Assembly: GCA_043228905.1 (NCBI GenBank)
Contig: JBHGNT010000017.1
Span: forward strand, 17,732,001-17,796,000
Direction: 5' to 3'
From: Azolla caroliniana
Taxonomy: Eukaryota; Plantae; Polypodiophyta
DNA: 64,000 bases
A program made the position numbers and the translations under genes. Under the pieces are notes generated by a model, which did not search any database, was not told where the DNA came from, and saw only the letters and a program-made list of their open reading frames with translations. Each line of letters begins with the position of its first letter. Within the stretch, counting starts at the first letter, position 1. Shown piece after piece: positions 60,654 to 64,000 of the stretch.

Positions 60654-61509
60654 GATCCCAAAAAGAGTTAGTCATAGGGGGCAACCTTGTTTTACATTAA
60701 TGGTGTTGGTGAAGCAATTGGATAGGCCACCTGGGCATCTTACGCACCTAGAGCATTGATGGCCCAGATCGAGCATTGATGGCCCAAATCATGTCAATTG
60801 GTATCTCCAAGGTTTTGAGCCTATCAAACAACCGCTCCCTAGGAACTGTGTCAAAGGCTTTGCGAAAGTCCACGAAGCAACAATATAGTTTCTTCTTGCG
60901 AGCCTTTGTCTGGTCAATTAAGCATCTAAGTGTGAAGATATGGTTAATAGTGGAGAAGGCTCGTCTAAAACCAGCCTACTCAGGTGCTCGAAGACTTAAG
61001 GTTTCCTTACAATCGCTGAACTCTACTTCCATTATTCTACCATGTAGTTTAGCAAGCGTATGACCTATTACAATGGTCTTATCTATATTTGGGTCCATTG
61101 GGTCCCCTCCTTTATGTATAGGGGCCACTGTGTTCATGGTCCATTGTGGTGGAAAACCCTCGGCGAGGGCGCAGTTAAAGATTAGTGTGAGAAAAGGGGC
61201 TAGGGACTCTTGAGCATATATGATGTGCTCAGCTCGTAAACCTATGTGGTCCATGGATTTCCTATGTTGTAGTTTTTTTATGACCTTTGTGACCCTAGAG
61301 GTCGTGAAAAGTGTCCCCATGGTAGGTCGAGTTGTGGAAGGCATGGGGATGGGTGGTGTGTCCAGATCCTCGATGCATGTTTGTGGTCTCGATTCCCATA
61401 GTCTCTTCCATGCAAGGGCGCAGGCCCTACTCATGAGCATGTGTGGAGATGCTTCCCAGGCTCGTCTTTTACGACGTGTCATCTTGCCAAGAGAGAGAAA
61501 GAGAGAGAT

Positions 61510-64000
61510 TATATTATCGTCTTCAGAGGTCAAATATGACCAATGAGGCCAAAAAAATTACATTTCACCTGATACGTGTGAAAGTGAGTAGTGACTCTCG
61601 ATGTTCAAGAACTTTACCAATGAATGTTGCAATCGAGAGTGCACATTGCCCGCACATTGTGGTTGTGAGAGGAATTCATGCAAGGATTGGGCTCGGTGTG
61701 GAAAGCATGGTCAAATATGACCAAAGGCAGAGGCATTGTATCAAAGTGTGATACTCAGACTCACGAACTTGTTTAGGGCAAAGTGTGCATAGCCAACCAC
61801 TCTCATCACTTGTGCCCCAACGTCATGTCTCACATCGCAATGCATGTGAGCTAAGTCGAATGGAAGCAATGGTTCAAATGGCAGATAATGGTATGGGCTC
61901 TGACATGTATCGATGTGTACAATTTCCCCGTTCCACAAAGAATATGGTTTTGTAGTTAGGTGCAACATGTGTAGTGTAATGTATGAAGCATGAGCCTCCA
62001 CATTTGTCCCATGTCATGAAACATTGGCATTGCAAAAAGGCCTCATTTACAGAGGAATCTAATGATGCATCATGAAGCAAGTGTCTCGCATCCCATCTAC
62101 CAAACCATTTTACTATATCTTGCATCCAATTGGAACACAAAATTTTGCTTTTATGCTTCTTTTGGATCTTTTTGCTTGCTTCCCATGCTATTCTAGGAAG
62201 TCAATGTGAGGGACTTTTTTGAACCTTAAGCATGTATTCAACAACCCTTTCCATGGCCATGATCTCAATGGGAAGCGATCCCGTCTCAAGGAGGAGGAGG
62301 GTGTAGGGCGTTTGTTTCTTCACTTGTAGAAACTTAGTAAGAAAATGTTTTTGGACATTTTCAAACTCTTTCCACATAGATTTAAGGATGCTACCACCCC
62401 ATACTTCCACCCCATACAGAAGAACTGGTGTCACCAAAGTGTTGAAAAGATATTTCTTGAGGACCCAACACTTAATATCTCCAAGATTGCATGTGTTCTC
62501 AAATGCATAGTATGCTTGTTTACCCGCCTCTAAGTGACGTGTAGCACAATCATTCCCTCTATGATTTGAAGGAACTTCAAACTTTAAGATATTTGAAGCT
62601 TTCCACACATTCAAGTGGCTCATTGTTGTACATAATGCATGGTTTATCTCTTTTTTGGATCTTCACAAGCATAATCTTTGTTTTAGAGCTATTGACACTT
62701 AATTTAGTATGCATGCAAATTTTTTCCAATGCCTTCATAAGCTATTGTGCATCTCCTAAATTATTTACAAAAAGCATTAAATCATCTGCCTATAGCAAAA
62801 GCATAATCACAACATTCCCAATGGCAACTTCTTCAACACATTCTTCCTGTGCAAACTTGGTAACCATTTCTTCCAATTCATCAATGCATAGACCAAATAG
62901 TGTTGGTGAGAGTGGGAATCCTTGCTTAACACCAATAATTCTTTTGAAAAAATCTAAAAGTTTATCTCTCATGCGCACACAACATATAACCTTCTCATAA
63001 ATTTGGGAAATTGCAAGCATATATATTCACTTGGCACCTCAAGTTCTTCCATTTGTCTCCAAAGATGCTCACGAGGTACCATATAGAAAGCTTTCTTGAA
63101 GTCTACAAAGCAACAATATAAACCTTTACCTCTAAGGCGACTTTCCTCCATTAATACTCGAAGGGTGACAAGGTGATCAATGGTGCTATGGTGTTTTCAA
63201 AAGCCAACTTGTCCATAAGCTCTCTTACCATTTTTTTCAACCCATACACTTATCTTTGATTCCATTATACATCCAAATAATTTTGCCATTATTGAGCCAA
63301 TCATGATGGTTCGATAGTTGTTTACATTATTTACATCTCCACCTTTATGTAATGGTTTGATCCAATTTGTAGTCCAATCGTACGGCATACCATGTTGCAA
63401 TGCATCATTAAACATATCGCTTATCCATACATGTGCTTCTTTTCCCGTCCATTTGAGCATTTCAGCCTTTATACATTGAAGATCGCTCGCCTTTCGAGAG
63501 GCCAATTTCTTAAGTCCTATGCATATATCTTCAATTGTAAAGATGGGAGACATATGTGAAAGAGAACCATAACAAATCATCTTTCCGGCAAGAGATAACT
63601 CATATAAATTCTTACAATGCATAGACAAGTCGTGAAGAGTTAAGTCACCATAACTCTCAACACATTTCCCCTTTAGATTTCCCCAAAATTTGGCACATGC
63701 ATGTGCTTTCTCTTGCGTTTGGATAAATTGTTGAGTAACTTCCCATATTCTTCTCTTTCCTTGAATAAGCCTTTTATACTCATGCAAATGCTTTTGGTAA
63801 TTCTCTTTATCCTTAACTACATTCAAAACAATAAGGCACTTTCGAGCTTCACGACATTCTTTATCAAACCAGTTTTTCCTAAGTTTCTTGGTGCATTTCC
63901 AAGATGTGCAGTCAGTCAAAAAACATTTGTTTGTACAAGAGAGAATGACTTTCTTGAAAGCTTCCCATTTGCATTCTAGTGTGGCACCATGTTGTATCTT
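61510..64000 (-). mobile_element. Second non-L1 LINE family, degenerate RT and C-terminus (runs off the right edge of the window)
   Basis: KPLHKGGDVNNVNNYRTI, CCFVDFKKAF, GVKQGFPLSPTLF, TPVLLYGVEVWG, and a C-terminal zinc-finger remnant near 61740. Confidence 0.85.

Larger units (their letters stand above)
54779..61500 (-). mobile_element. RT region of the host non-L1 LINE (split by chromovirus 2)
   Basis: PIHKGGDPMDP (60976-61533), CFVDFRKAFD (about 60850-60880), LLYANDI and YVYLGV (54923-55290). 54779-54840 matches LINE 16940-17000. Confidence 0.85.

Overview
Eukaryotic, repeat-dominated plant nuclear DNA; the TE repertoire suggests a non-flowering vascular plant such as a fern (inference). 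There is one apparently intact host gene: a 3-exon LRR receptor kinase (24123-29029, about 1077 aa). It joins an RLP/PSKR-type ectodomain (about 19 LRRs, an island domain, 4 LRRs) to a non-RD (HCDLKPSN) LRR-XII-type kinase. A decayed duplicate of its upstream region and 5' end lies at 3892-8965. The rest is retroelements: a tRNA-Met-primed Ty3/gypsy, a full-length L1, non-L1 LINEs, several solo LTRs and a hAT-type MITE. From 30.4 to 61.5 kb is a nest: a LINE is split by two Tf/Tcn1-like chromoviruses, and one of these carries a Tnt1/Tork-like copia and a three-LTR Athila/Tat-like element with a long extra ORF. The main observations are (1) the receptor architecture, (2) antisense tRNA-shaped A-box/B-box modules in U3 of three unrelated LTR families, (3) a perfect 11-nt Tf1-type self-priming site, and (4) a solo LTR flanked by a 571-bp direct duplication. 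All comparisons were made by eye; lineage names are motif-based, not database hits.
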